From Antedon mediterranea (taxonomy: Eukaryota > Animalia > Echinodermata): a stretch of DNA of 64,000 nt. The stretch spans positions 12,395,812 to 12,459,811 of the forward strand of contig NC_092675.1 of assembly GCF_964355755.1 (NCBI RefSeq), given 5' to 3'. Below are positions 9,801 through 24,800 of the stretch, piece by piece (the stretch's first letter is position 1; every line of letters begins with the position of its first letter). Below the pieces are notes generated by a model. It was not told where the DNA came from. It did not search any database and saw only the letters and a list, made by a program, of their open reading frames with translations. Position numbers and translations under genes: made by a program.

Positions 9801-12800
9801 GAGAGAGAGATAGATCAGCGAGAGAGAGATAGATCAGCGAGAGAGAGAGAGAGAGATAGATCAGCGAGAGAGAGAGATAGATCAGCAAGAGAGAGATAGA
9901 TCACCCAGAGAGAGATAGATCAGCGAGAGAGAGAAAGATCAGAGAGAGAGATAGATCAGCGAGAGAGAGATAGATCAGCAAGAGAGAGATAGATCAGCCA
10001 GAGAGAGAAAGATCAGCGAGAGAGAGAAAGATCAGAGAGAGAGAGATAGATCAGCGAGAGAGAGATAGATCGGCGAGAGAGAGATAGGTCAGCGAGAGAG
10101 AGATAGATCAGCGAGAGATAGATAGATCAGCGAGAGAGAGAGAGAGATAGATCAGAGAGAGAGATAGATCAGCGAGAGAGAGATAGATCATCGAGAGAGA
10201 GATAGATCAGCGAGAGAGAGATAGATCAACGAGAGAGAGATAGATCAGCGAGAGACAGATAGATCAGCGAGAGAGAGAAAGAGATAGATAAGCGAGAGAG
10301 AGATAGACCAGCGAGAGAGAGATAGATCAGCGAGAGAGAGGTAGATTAGCGAGAGAGAGAGATAGATCAGCGAGAGAGAGAGATAGATCGGCGAGAGAGA
10401 GATAGATCAGCGAGAGAGAGATAGATCAGCGAGAGAGATAGATCAGCGAGACAGAGATAGATCAGCGAGGGAGAGATAGATCAGCGAGCGAGAGATAGAT
10501 CAGCGAGAAAGAGATAGATCAGCGAGACAGATAGATCGGCGAGAGAGAAATAGATCAGCGAGAGAGAGATAGATCAGCGAGAGAGAGAGATCAGCGAGAG
10601 AGAGATAGATCAGCGAGAGAGAGATAGATCAGCGAGAGAGAGAGAGAGATAGATCAGCGAGAGAGAGAGATAGATCAGCAAGAGAGAGATAGATCACCCA
10701 GAGAGAGATAGATCAGCGAGAGATAGATAGATCAGCGAGAGAGAGAGAGAGATAGATCAGAGAGAGAGATAGATCAGCGAGAGAGAGATAGATCATCGAG
10801 AGAGAGATAGATCAGCGAGAGAGAGATAGATCAACGAGAGAGAGATAGATCAGCGAGAGACAGATAGATCAGCGAGAGAGAGAGAGAGATAGATAAGCGA
10901 GAGAGAGATAGACCAGCGAGAGAGAGATAGATCAGCGAGAGAGAGGTAGATTAGCGAGAGAGAGAGATAGATCAGCGAGAGAGAGAGATAGATCGGCGAG
11001 AGAGAGATAGATCAGCGAGAGAGAGATAGATCAGCGAGAGAGAGATAGATCAGCGAGACAGAGATAGATCAGCGAGGGAGAGATAGATCAGCGAGCGAGA
11101 GATAGATCAGCGAGAAAGAGATAGATCAGCGAGACAGATAGATCGGCGAGAGAGAAATAGATCAGCGAGAGAGAGATAGATCAGCGAGAGAGAGAGATCA
11201 GCGAGAGAGAGATAGATCAGCGAGAGAGAGATAGATCAGCGAGAGAGAGAGAGAGATAGATCAGCGAGAGAGAGAGATAGATCAGCAAGAGAGAGATAGA
11301 TCACCCAGAGAGAGATAGATCAGCGAGAGAGAGAAAGATCAGAGAGAGAGATAGATCAGCGAGAGAGAGATAGATCAGCAAGAGAGAGATAGATCAGCCA
11401 GAGAGAGAAAGATCAGCGAGAGAGAGAAAGATCAGAGAGAGAGAGATAGATCAGCGAGAGAGAGATAGATCAGCGAGAGAGAGATAGGTCAGCGAGAGAG
11501 AGATAGATCAGCGAGAGATAGATAGATCAGCGAGAGAGAGAGAGAGATAGATCAGAGAGAGAGATAGATCAGCGAGAGAGAGATAGATCATCGAGAGAGA
11601 GATAGATCAGCGAGAGAGAGATAGATCAACGAGAGAGAGATAGATCAGCGAGAGACAGATAGATCAGCGACAGACAGATAGATCAGCGAGAGAAAGATAG
11701 ATCAGCGAGAGACAGATAGATCAGCAAGAGACAGATAGATCAGCGAGAGAGAGATAGGTCAGCGAGAGAGAGATAGATAGATCAGCGAGAGAGAGATAGA
11801 TCAGCGAGAGAGAGATAGGTCAGCGAGAGAGAGATAGATCAGCGAGAGATAGATAGATCAGCGAGAGAGAGAGAGAGATAGATCAGAGAGAGAGAAAGAT
11901 CAGCGAGAGAGAGATAGATCATCGAGAGAGAGATAGATCAGCGAGAGAGAGATAGATCAACGAGAGAGAGATAGATCAGCGAGAGACAGATAGATCAGCG
12001 ACAGACAGATAGATCAGCGTGAGAAAGATAGATCAGCGAGAGACAGATAGATCAGCAAGAGACAGATAGATCAGCGAGAGAGAGATAGGTCAGCGAGAGA
12101 GAGATAGATAGATCAGCGAGAGAGAGATAGATCAGCGAGAGAGAGATAGATAGATCAGCGAGAGAGAGATAGATCAGCGAGAGAGAGATAGATAGATCAG
12201 CGAGAGGGAGATAGATCAGCGAGAAAGAGATAGATAGATCAGCGAGAGAGAGATAGATAGATCAGCGAGAGAGATAGATAGATCAGCGAGGGAGAGATAG
12301 ATCAGCGAGAGAGAGATAGACAGATCAGCCAGAGAGAGATAGATATGCGAGAGAGAGATAGATAGATCAGCGAGAGAGAGATAGATCAGCGAGAGAGAGA
12401 TAGATCAGCGAGAGTGAGATAGATAGATCAGCGAGAGATAGATAGATAGATCAGCGAGAGAGAGATAGATAGATCAGCGAACGAGAGATAGATCAGCGAG
12501 AGAGATATAGATAGATCAGCGAGAGAGAGATAGATATATCAGCGAGAGAGAGATAGATAGATCAGCGAGAAAGAGATAGATTGATCAGCGAGAGAGAAAT
12601 TGATAGATCAGCGAGAGAGAGATAGATTAGCGAGAGAGAGATAGATAGATCAGCGAGAGAGAGATAGATAGATCAGCGAGAGAGAGATAGATAGATCAGC
12701 GAGAGAGAGATAGATCAGCGAGAGAGAGAGAGATAGATCAGAGAGATAGAGAGATAGATCAACGAGAGAGAGAGATAGATCAGCCAGAGAAAGATAGATC

Positions 12801-15800
12801 AGCGAGAGAGAGAAAGATCAGAGAGAGAGAGAGAGAGAGAGATAGATCAGCGAGAGATAGATCAGCGAGAGAGAAATAGTTCAGCGAGAGAGAGATAGAT
12901 CAGCCAGAGAGAGATAGATCACCGAGAGAGCGAAAGATCAGCGAGAGAGAGATAGATAGATCAGCGAGAGAGAGATAGATAGATCAGCGAGAGAGAGATA
13001 GATCAGCGAGAGAGAGAGATAGATCAGCGAGAGAGAGATAGATCAGCGAGAGATGGATAGATCAGCGAGAGAGAGATAGATAGATCAGCGAGAGAGAGAG
13101 ATAGATCAGCGAGAGAGAGATAGATAAATCAGCGAGAGAGAGATAGATCAGCAAGAAAGAGATAGATAGATCAGCGAGAGAGAGATAGATAGATCAGCGA
13201 GAGAGAGATAGATAGATCAGCGAGAGAGAGATAGATCAGCGAGAGAGAGAGATAGATCAGCGAGAGAGAGAGATAGATCAGTGAGAGAGAGATAGATCAG
13301 CGAGAGTGAGATAGATCAGCGAGAGAGAGATAGATCAGCGAGAGCGAGAGAGATAAATCAGGGAGAGAGAGATAGATAGATCAGCGAGAGAGAGATAGAT
13401 CAGCGAGAGAGAGATAGATCAGCGAGAGGGAGATAGATAGATCAGCGAGAGATAGATAGATAGATCAGCAAGAGAGAGATAGATAGATCAGCGAACGAGA
13501 GATAGATCAGCGAGAGAGATATAGATAGATCAGCGAGAGAGAGATAGATCAGCGAGAAAGAGATAGATAGATCAGCGAGAGAGAGATAGATACATCAGCG
13601 AGAGAGAGATAGATCAGCGAGAGAGAGATAGATAGATCAGCGAGAGAGAGATAGATCAGCGAGAGAGAGATAGATAGATCAGAGAGAGAGAGATAGATAG
13701 ATCAGCGAGAGACAGATAGATAGATCAGCGAGAGGGAGATAGATCAGCGAGAAAGAGATAGATCAGCCACAGAGAGATAGATCAGCCAGAGAGAGAAAGA
13801 TCAGCGAGAGAGAGATAGATAGATCATCGAGAGAGAGATAGATAGATCAGCGAGAGAGAGATAGATCAGCGAGAGAGAGAGAGAGATAGATAAGCGAGAG
13901 AGAGATAGACCAGCGAGAGAGAGATAGATCAGCGAGAGAGAGGTAGATTAGCGAGAGAGAGAGATAGATCAGCGAGAGAGAGAGATAGATCGGCGAGAGA
14001 GAGATAGATCAGCGAGAGAGAGATAGATCAGCGAGAGAGAGATAGATCAGCGAGACAGAGATAGATCAGCGAGGGAGAGATAGATCAGCGAGCGAGAGAT
14101 AGATCAGCGAGAAAGAGATAGATCAGCGAGACAGATAGATCGGCGAGAGAGAAATAGATCAGCGAGAGAGAGATAGATCAGCGAGAGAGAGAGATCAGCT
14201 AGAGAGAGATAGATCAGCGAGAGAGAGATAGATCAGCGAGAGAGAGATAGATCAGCGAGAGAGAGAGAGAGATAGATCAGCGAGAGAGAGAGATAGATCA
14301 GCAAGAGAGAGATAGATCACCCAGAGAGAGATAGATCAGCGAGAGAGAGAAAGATCAGAGAGAGAGATAGATCAGCGAGAGAGAGATAGATCAGCAAGAG
14401 AGAGATAGATCAGCCAGAGAGAGAAAGATCAGCGAGAGAGAGAAAGATCAGAGAGAGAGAGATAGATCAGCGAGAGAGAGATAGATCGGCGAGAGAGAGA
14501 GATAGATCAGCGAGAGAGAGAGATAGATCAGCAAGAGAGAGATAGATCACCCAGAGAGAGATAGATCAGCGAGAGAGAGAAAGATCAGAGAGAGAGATAG
14601 ATCAGCGAGAGAGAGATAGATCAGCAAGAGAGAGATAGATCAGCCAGAGAGAGAAAGATCAGCGAGAGAGAGAAAGATCAGAGAGAGAGATAGATCAGCG
14701 AGAGAGAGATAGATCAGCGAGAGAGAGATAGGTCAGCGAGAGAGAGATAGATCAGCGAGAGATAGATAGATCAGCGAGAGAGAGAGAGAGAGATAGATCA
14801 GAGAGAGAGAGATAGATCAGCGAGAGAGAGATAGATCATCGAGAGAGAGATAGATCAGCGAGAGAGAGATAGATCAACGAGATAGAGATAGATCAGCGAG
14901 AGACAGATAGATCAGCGACAGACAGATAGATCAGCGAGAGAAAGATAGATCAGCGAGAGACAGATAGATCAGCAAGAGACAGATAGATCAGCGAGAGAGA
15001 GATAGGTCAGCGAGAGAGAGATAGATAGATCAGCGAGAGAGAGATAGATCAGCGAGAGAGAGATAGATAGATCAGCGAGAGAGAGATAGATCAGCGAGAG
15101 AGAGATAGATAGATCAGCGAGAGGGAGATAGATCAGCGAGAAAAAGATAGATAGATCAGCGAGAGAGAGATAGATAGATCAGCGAGAGAGATAGATAGAT
15201 CAGCGAGAGAGAGATAGATCAGCGAGAGAGAGATAGACAGATCAGCGAGAGAGAGATAGATAAGCGAGAGAGAGATAGATAGATCAGCGAGAGAGAGATA
15301 GATCAGCGAGAGAGAGATAGATCAGCGAGAGGGAGATAGATAGATCAGCGAGAGATAGATAGATAGATCAGCAAGAGAGAGATAGATAGATCAGCGAACG
15401 AGAGATAGATCAGCGAGAGAGATATAGATAGATCAGCGAGAGAGAGATAGATAGATCAGCGAGAGAGAGATAGATAGATCAGCGAGAAAGAGATAGATAG
15501 ATCAGCGAGAGAGAAATTGATAGATCAGCGAGAGAGAGATAGATCAGCGAGAGAGAGATAGATAGATCAGCGAGAGAGAGATAGATAGATCAGCGAGAGA
15601 GAGATAGATAGATCAGCGAGAGAGAGATAGATCAGCGAGAGAGAGAGAGATAGATCAGAGAGATAGAGAGATAGATCAGCGAGAGAGAGAGATAGATCAG
15701 CAAGAGAAAGATTGATCAGCGAGAGAGAGAAAGATCAGAGAGAGAGAGAGAGAGAGATAGATCAGCGAGAGATAGATCAGCAAGAGAGAAATAGTTCAGC

Positions 15801-18800
15801 GAGAGAGAGATAGATCAGCCAGAGAGAGATAGATCACCGAGAGAGCGAAAGATCAGCGAGAGAGAGATAGATAGATCAGCGAGAGAGAGATAGATAGATC
15901 AGCGAGAGAGAGATAGATCAGCGAGAGAGAGAGATAGATCAGCGAGAGAGAGATAGATCAGCGAGAGAGAGATAGATCAGCGAGAGTGAGATAGATCAGC
16001 GAGAGAGAGATAGATCAGCGAGAGCGAGAGAGATAAATCAGGGAGAGAGAGATAGATCAGCGAGAGAGAGATGGATAGATCAGCGAGAGAGAGATAGATA
16101 GATCAGCGAGAGAGAGAGATAGATCAGTGAGAGAGAGATAGATAAATCAGCGAGAGAGATATAGATCAGCGAGAAAGAGATAGATAGATCAGCGAGAGAG
16201 AGATAGATAGATCAGCGAAAGAGAGATAGATAGATCAGCGAGAGAGAGATAGATCAGCGAGAGAGAGAGATAGATCAGTGAGAGAGAGATAGATCAGCGA
16301 GAGAGAGATAGATCAGCGAGAGTGAGATAGATCAGCGAGAGAGAGAAAGATCAGCGAGAGCGAGAGAGATAAATCAGGGAGAGAGAGATAGATCAGCGAG
16401 AGAGAGATGGATAGATCAGCGAGAGAGAGATAGATAGATCAGCGAGAGAGAGAGAGATAGATCAGCGAGAGAGAGATAGATAAATCAGCGAGAGAGAGAT
16501 AGATCAGCGAGAAAAAGATAGATACATCAGCGAGAGAGAGATAGATCAGCGAGAGAGAGATAGATAGATAGATCAGCGAGAGAGATAGATAGATCAGCGA
16601 GAGAGAGATAGATCAGCGAGAAAGAGATAGATAGATCAGCGAGAGAGAGATAGATACATCAGCGAGAGAGAGATAGATCAGCGAGAGAGAGATAGATAGA
16701 TCAGCGAGAGAGAGATAGATCACCGAGAGAGAGATAGATAGATCAGAGAGAGAGAGATAGATAGATCAGCGAGAGAGAGATAGATAGATCAGCGAGAGGG
16801 AGATAGATCAGCGAGAAAGAGATAGATCAGCCACAGAGAGATAGATCAGCCAGAGAGAGAAAGATCAGCGAGAGAGAGATAGATAGATCATCGAGAGAGA
16901 GATAGATAGATCAGCGAGAGAGAGACAGATCAACGAGAGGGAGAAAGATCAGCGAGAGAGAGATAGATCAGCGAGAGAGAGATAGATCAGCGAGAGAGAG
17001 AGATAGATCAGCGAGAGAGAGATAGATAGATCAGCGAGAGAGAGAGATAGATCAGCGAGAGAGAGATAGATCAGCGAGAGAGAGATAGTTCAGCGAGAGA
17101 GAGATAGATCAGCGAGAGAGAGAGATAGATCAGCGAGAGAGAGATAGACCAGCGAGAGAGATAGATCAGCGAGAGAGAGGTAGATTAGCGAGAGAGAGAG
17201 AGATAGATCAGCGAGAGAAAGAGAGAGATAGATCAGCGAGAGAGAGATAGATCAGCGAGAGAGAGAGATAGATCAGCCAGAGAAAGATAGATCAGCGAGA
17301 GAGAGAAAGATCAGAGAGAGAGAGAGAGATAGATCAGCGAGAGATAGATCAGCGAGAGAGAAATAGTTCAGCGAGAGAGAGATAGATCAGCCAGAGAGAG
17401 ATAGATCACCGAGAGAGCGAAAGATCAGCGAGAGAGAGATAGATAGATCAGCGAGAGAGAGATAGATAGATCAGCGAGAGAGAGATAGATCAGCGAGAGA
17501 GAGAGATAGATCAGCGAGAGAGAGATAGATCAGCGAGAGAGAGATAGATCAGCGAGAGTGAGATAGATCAGCGAGAGAGAGATAGATCAGCGAGAGCGAG
17601 AGAGATAAATCAGGGAGAGAGAGATAGATCAGCGAGAGAGAGATGGATAGATCAGCGAGAGAGAGATAGATAGATCAGCGAGAGAGAGAGATAGATCAGT
17701 GAGAGAGAGATAGATAAATCAGCGAGAGAGAGATAGATCAGCGAGAAAGAGATAGATAGATCAGCGAGAGAGAGATAGATAGATCAGCGAGAGAGAGATA
17801 GATAGATCAGCGAGAGAGAGATAGATCAGCGAGAGAGAGAGATAGATCAGTGAGAGAGAGATAGATCAGCGAGAGAGAGATAGATCAGCGAGAGTGAGAT
17901 AGATCAGCGAGAGAGAGATAGATCAGCGAGAGCGAGAGAGATAAATCAGGGAGAGAGAGATAGATCAGCGAGAGAGAGATGGATAGATCAGCGAGAGAGA
18001 GATAGATAGATCAGCGAGAGAGAGAGATAGATCAGCGAGAGAGAGATAGATAAATCAGCGAGAGAGAGATAGATCAGCGAGAAAAAGATAGATAGATCAG
18101 CGAGAGAGATAGATAGATCAGCGAGAGAGAGATAGATCAGCGAGAAAGAGATAGATAGATCAGCGAGAGAGAGATAGATACATCAGCGAGAGAGAGATAG
18201 ATCAGCGAGAGAGAGATAGATAGATCAGCGAGAGAGAGATAGATCAGCGAGAGAGAGATAGATAGATCAGAGAGAGAGAGATAGATAGATCTGCGAGAGA
18301 GAGATAGATAGATCAGCGAGAGGGAGATAGATCAGCGAGAAAGAGATAGATCAGCCACAGAGAGATAGATCAGCCAGAGAGAGAAAGATCAGGGAGAGAG
18401 AGATAGATAGATCATCGAGAGAGAGATAGATAGATCAGCGAGAGAGAGACAGATCAACGAGAGGGAGAAAGATCAGCGAGAGAGAGATAGATCAGCGAGA
18501 GAGAGATAGATCAGCGAGAGAGAGAGAGATAGATCAGCGAGAGAGAGATAGATAGATCAGCGAGAGAGAGAGATAGATCAGCGAGAGAGAGAGATAGATC
18601 AGCGAGAGAGAGATAGTTCAGCGAGAGAGAGATAGATCAGCGAGAGAGAGAGATAGATCAGCGAGAGAGAGATAGACCAGCGAGAGAGAGATAGATCAGC
18701 GAGAGAGAGGTAGATTAGCGAGAGAGAGAGAGAGATACAGTAGATCAGCGAGAGAAAGAGAGAGATAGATCAGCGAGAGAGAGAGATAGATAGATCAGCG

Positions 18801-21800
18801 AGAGAGAGAGAGAGAGATAGATAGATCAGCGAGAGAGAGATAGATAGATCAGCGAGAGAAAGATAGATCAGCGAGAGAGAGATATATAGATCAGCGAGAG
18901 AGAGATAGATAGATCAGCGAGAGAGAGATAGATCAGCGAGAGAAAGAGAGAGAGAGAGATAGATCAGCGAGAGAGAGAGAGAGAGATAGATCAGCGAGAG
19001 AGAGAGATAGATCAGCCAGAGAGAGATAGATCAGCGAGAGAGAGAAAGATCAGAGAGAGAGATAGATCAGCGAGAGAGAAATAGATCAGCGAGAGAGAGA
19101 TAGGTCAGCCAGAGAGAGATAGATCACCGAGAGAGCGAAAGATCAGCGAGAGAGAGATAGATAGATCAGCGAGAGAGAGATAGATAGATCAGTGAGAGAG
19201 AGATAGATCAGCGAGAGAGAGAGATAGATCAGCGAGAGAGAGATAGATCAGCGAGAGAGAGATAGATCAGCGAGAGCGAGAGAGATAAATCAGCGAGAGA
19301 GAGATAGATCACCGAGAGAGAGATGGATAGATCAGCGAGAGAGAGAGATAGATAAGCGAGAGAGATAGATAGATCAGAGAGAGAGAGAGATAGATCAGCG
19401 AGAGAGAGATAGATAGATCAGCGAGAGAGAGATAGATCAGCGAGAAAGAGATAGATAGATCAGCGAGAGAGAGATATATCAGCGAGAGAGAGATAGATAG
19501 ATCAGCGAGAGAGAGATAGATAGATCAGCGAGAGAGAGATAGATAGATCAGCGAGAGAGAGATAGATCAGCGAGAAAGAGATATATAGATCAGCGAGAGA
19601 GAGATAGATAGATCAGCGAGAGAGAGATAGATCAGCGAGAGAGAGATAGATAGATCAGCGAGAGGGAGATAGATCAGCGAGAAAGAGATATATAGATCAG
19701 CGAGAGAGAGATAGATAGATCAGCGAGAGAGATAGATAGATCAGCGAGAGAGATAGATCAGCGAGAGAGAGAGAGATAGACAGATCAGCGAGAGAGAGAT
19801 AGATCAGCAAGAGAGAGATAGATAGATCAGCGAGAGAGAGGTAGATTAGCGAGGGAGAGAGATAGATCAGCGAGAGAGAGATAGATAGATCAGCGAGAGA
19901 GAGATAGATAGATCAGAGAGAGAGAGATAGATAGATCAGCGAGAGAGAAATTGATAGATCAGCGAGAGAGAGATAGATCAGCGAGAGAGAGATAGATAGA
20001 TCAGCGAGAGAGAGATAGATAGATCAGCGAGAGATAGATAATCGAGAGAGAAATTGATAGATCAGCGAGAGAGAGAGATAGATCAGCGAGAGAGAGATAG
20101 ATAGATCAGCGAGAGAGAGATAGATAGATCAGCGAGAGAGAGATAGATCAGCGAGAGAGAGAGAGATAGATCACCGAGAGAGAGAGATAGATCAGCGAGA
20201 GAGAGATAGATCAGCGAGAAAGAGATAGGTCAGCGAGAGAGAGATAGATCAGCGAGAGAGAGATAGATCAGCGAGAGAGAGATAGATCAGCGAGAGAGAG
20301 AGAGATAGATCAGCGAGAGAGAGAGATAGATCAGCGAGAGAGAGATAGATCAGCCAGAGAGAGATAGATCAGCGAGAGAGAGATAGATCAGCGAAAGAAA
20401 GATAGATCAGCGAGAGAGAGATAGATCAGCCAGAGAGAGAAAGATCAGCGAGAGAGAGAAAGATCAGAGAAAGAGAGAGATAGATCAGCGAGAGAGAGAT
20501 AGATCAGCGAGAAAGAGATAGGTCAGCGAGAGAGAGATAGATCAGCGAGAGATAGATAGATCAGCGAGAGAGAGAGATAGATTAGAGAGAGAGATAGATC
20601 AGCTAGAGAGAGATAGATCAGCGAGAGAGAGATAGATCAGCGAGAGAGAGATAGATCAACGAGAGAGAGATAGATCAGCGAGAGACAGATAGATCAGCGA
20701 CAGACAGATAGATCAGCGAGAGAGAGATAGATCAGCGAGAGAGAGATAGATAGATCAGCGAGAGGGAGATAGATCAGCGAGAAAGAGATAGATAGATCAG
20801 CGAGAGAGAGATAGATAGATCAGCGAGAGAGATAGATAGATCAGCGAGAGAGAGATAGATCAGCGAGAGAGATAGATCAGCGAGAGAGAGATAGATCAGC
20901 GAGAGAGAGATAGATAGATCAGCGATCGAGAGATAGATAGATCAGCGAGAGAGAGATAGATCAGCGAGAGAGAGATAGATAGATCAGCGAGAGAGAGATA
21001 GATAGATCAGCGAGAGAGAGATAGATAGATCAGCGAGAGAGAAATTGATAGATCAGCGAGAAAGAGATAGATCAGCGAGAGAGAGATACATAGATAGGCG
21101 AGAGAGAGATAGATCAGCGAGAGAGAGATAGATAGATCAGCGAAAGAGAGATAGATCAGCGAGAGAGAGATAGATAGATCAGCGAGAGAGAGAGATAGAT
21201 AGATCAGCGATAGAGAGATAGATAGATCAGCGAGAAGGAGATAGATCAGCGAGAAAGAGATAGATCAGCCAGAGAGAGATAGATCAGCCAGATAGAGAAA
21301 GATCAGCGAGAGAGAGAGATAGATAGATCAGCGAGAGAGAGATAGATTGATCAGCGAGTGAGAGACAGATCAACGAGAGAGAGAAAGATCAGCGAGAGAG
21401 AGATAGATCAGCGAGAGAGAGATAGATCAGTGAGAGAGAGAGATAGATAGATCAGCGAGAGAGAGATATGTCAGCGAGAGAGAGATAGATCAGCGAGAGA
21501 GAGGTAGATCAGCGAGAGAGAGATAGATCAGCGAGAGAGAGATATAGATCAGCGAGAGAGAGATAGACCAGCGAGAGAGAGATAGATCAGCGAGAGAGAG
21601 GTAGATTAGAGAGAGAGAGAGAGAGAGATAGATCAGCGAGAGAGAGAGATAGATCGGCGAGAGAGAGAGAGATAGATCAGCGAGAGAGAGATAGATCAGC
21701 GAGAGAGAAATAGATCAGCGAGACAGAAGTAGATCAGCGAGAGAGATATAGATCAGCGAGCGAGAGATAGATCAGCGAGAGAGAGATAGATCAGCGAGAG

Positions 21801-24800
21801 AGATAGATCAGCGAGAGAGAGATCAGCGAGAGAGAGATAGATCAGCGAGAGAGAGATAGATCAGCGAGAGAAAGATAGATCAGCGAGAGAGAGATAGATC
21901 AGCGAGAGAGAGAGAGAGATAGATCAGCGAGAGAGAGATAGATCAGCGAGAGAGAGATAGATCAGCCAGAGAGAGATAGATCAGCGAGAGAGAGAAAGAT
22001 CAGAGAGAGAGATAGATCAGCGAAAGAAAGATAGATCAGCGAGAGAGAGATAGATCAGCAAGAGAGAGAAAGATCAGCGAGAGAGAGAATGATCAGAGAG
22101 AGAGAGAGATAGATCAGCGAGAGAGATAGATCAGCGAGAAAGAGAGATAGATCAGCGAGATAGAGATAGATCAGCCAGAGAGAGATAGATCAGCGAGAGA
22201 GAGAAAGATCAGAGAGAGAGAGATAGATCAGCGAAAAAAAGATAGATCAGCGAGAGAGAGATAGATCAGCCAGAGAGAGAAAGATCAGCGAGAGAGAGAG
22301 AAAGATCAGAGAAAGAGAGAGATAGATCAGCGAGAGAGAGATAGATCAGCGAGAAAGAGATAGGTCAGCGAGAGAGAGATAGATCAGCGAGAGATAGATA
22401 GATCAGCGAGAGAGAGAGATAGATTAGAGAGAGAGATAGATCAGCTAGAGAGAGATAGATCAGCGAGAGAGAGATAGATCAGCGAGAGAGAGATAGATCA
22501 ACGAGAGAGAGATAGATCAGCGAGAGACAGATAGATCAGCGAGAGACAGATAGATAGATCAGCGAGAGGGATATAGATCAGCGAGAAAGAGATAGATAGA
22601 TCAGCGAGAGCGAGATAGATAGATCAGCGAGAAAGATAGATAGATCAGCGAGAGAGAGATAGATTAGCGAGAGAGATAGATCAGCGAGAGAGAGATAGAT
22701 AGATCAGCGAGAGAGAGATAGATCAGTGAGAGAGAGATAGATCAGCGAGAGGGAGATAGATAGATCAGCGAGAGATAGATAGATAGATCAGTGAGAGAGA
22801 GATAGATAGATCAGCGAACGAGAGATAGATCAGCGAGAGAGAGAGATAGATAGATCAGCGAGAGAGAGATAGATAGATCAGCGAGAGAGAGATAGATAGA
22901 TCAGCGAGAGAGAGATAGATAGATCAGCGAGAGAGAAATTGATAGATCAGCGAGAGAGATAGATCAGCGAGAGAGAGATAGATAGATCAGCGAGAGAGAG
23001 ATAGATAGATCAGCGAGAGAGAGATAGATCAGCGAGAAAAAGATAGATAGATCAGCGAGAGAGAGATAGATAGATCAGCGAGAGAGAGATAGATAGATCA
23101 GCGAGAGAGAGATAGATCAGCAAGAGAGAGATAGATAGATCAGCGAGAGAGAGATAGATCAGCGAAAGAGAGATAGATAGATCAGCGAGAGAGAGATAGA
23201 TCAGCGAGAGGGAGATAGATCAGCGAGAAAGAGATAGATCAGCCAGAGAGAGATAGATCAGCCAGAGAGAGAAAGATCAGCGAGAGAGATAGATAGATCA
23301 GCGAGAGAGAGATAGATAGATCAGCGAGAAAGAGATAGATCAACGAGAGGGAGAAAGATCAGCGAGAGGGAGAGATAGATCAGCGAGAGAGAGATAGATC
23401 AGCGAGAGAGAGATAGATCAGCGAGAAAGAGATAGATCAGAGAGAGAGAGAGAGATAGATCAGCGAGAGAGAGAGATAGACCAGCGAGAGAGAGATAGAT
23501 CAGCGAGAGAGAGGTAGATTAGCGAGAGAGAGATAGATCAGCGAGAGAGAGAGATAGATCGAGGAGAGAGAGAGATGGATAGATCAGCGAGAGAGAGATA
23601 GATAGATCAGCGAGAGAGAGATAGATAGATCAGAGAGAGAGAGAGAAAGATAGATAAGCGAGAGAGAGATAGATCAGCGAGAGAGAGATAGATAGATTAG
23701 CGAGAGATAGATAGATAGATCAGCAAGAGAGAGATAGATAGATCAGCGAACGAGAGATAGATCAGCGAGAGAGATATAGATAGATCAGCGAGAGAGATAT
23801 AGATAGATCAGCGAGAGAGAGATAGATAGATCAGCGAGAGAGAGATAGATAGATCAGCGAGAAAGAGATAGATAGATCAGCGAGAGAGAAATTGATAGAT
23901 CAGCGAGAGAGAGATAGATCAGCGAGAGAGAGATAGATAGATCAGCGAGAGAGAGATAGATAGATCAGCGAGAGAGAGATAGATAGATCAGCGAGAGAGA
24001 GATAGATCAGCGAGAGAGAGAGAGATAGATCAGAGAGATAGAGAGATAGATCAGCGAGAGAGAGAGATAGATCAGCCAGAAAAAGATAGATCAGCGAGAG
24101 AGAGAAAGATCAGAGAGAGAGAGAGAGAGATAGATCAGCGAGAGATAGATCAGCGAGAGAGAAATAGTTCAGCGAGAGAGAGATAGATCAGCCAGAGAGA
24201 GATAGATCACCGAGAGAGCGAAAGATCAGCGAGAGAGAGATAGATAGATCAGCGAGAGAGAGATAGATAGATCAGCGAGAGAGAGATAGATCAGCGAGAG
24301 AGAGAGATAGATCAGCGAGAGAGAGATAGATCAGCGAGAGAGAGATAGATCAGCGAGAGTGAGATAGATCAGCGAGAGAGAGATAGATCAGCGAGAGCGA
24401 GAGAGATAAATCAGGGAGAGAGAGATAGATCAGCGAGAGAGAGATGGATAGATCAGCGAGAGAGAGATAGATAGATCAGCGAGAGAGAGAGATAGATCAG
24501 CGAGAGAGAGATAGATAAATCAGCGAGAGAGAGATAGATCAGCGAGAAAGAGATAGATAGATCAGCGAGAGAGAGATAGATAGATCAGCGAGAGAGAGAT
24601 AGATAGATCAACGAGAGAGAGATAGATCAGCGAGAGAGAGAGATAGATCAGCGAGAGAGAGATAGATCAGCGAGAGAGAGATAGATCAGCGAGAGTGAGA
24701 TAGATCAGCGAGAGAGAGATAGATCAGCGAGAGCGAGAGAGATAAATCAGGGAGAGAGAGATAGATCAGCGAGAGAGAGATGGATAGATCAGCGAGAGAG

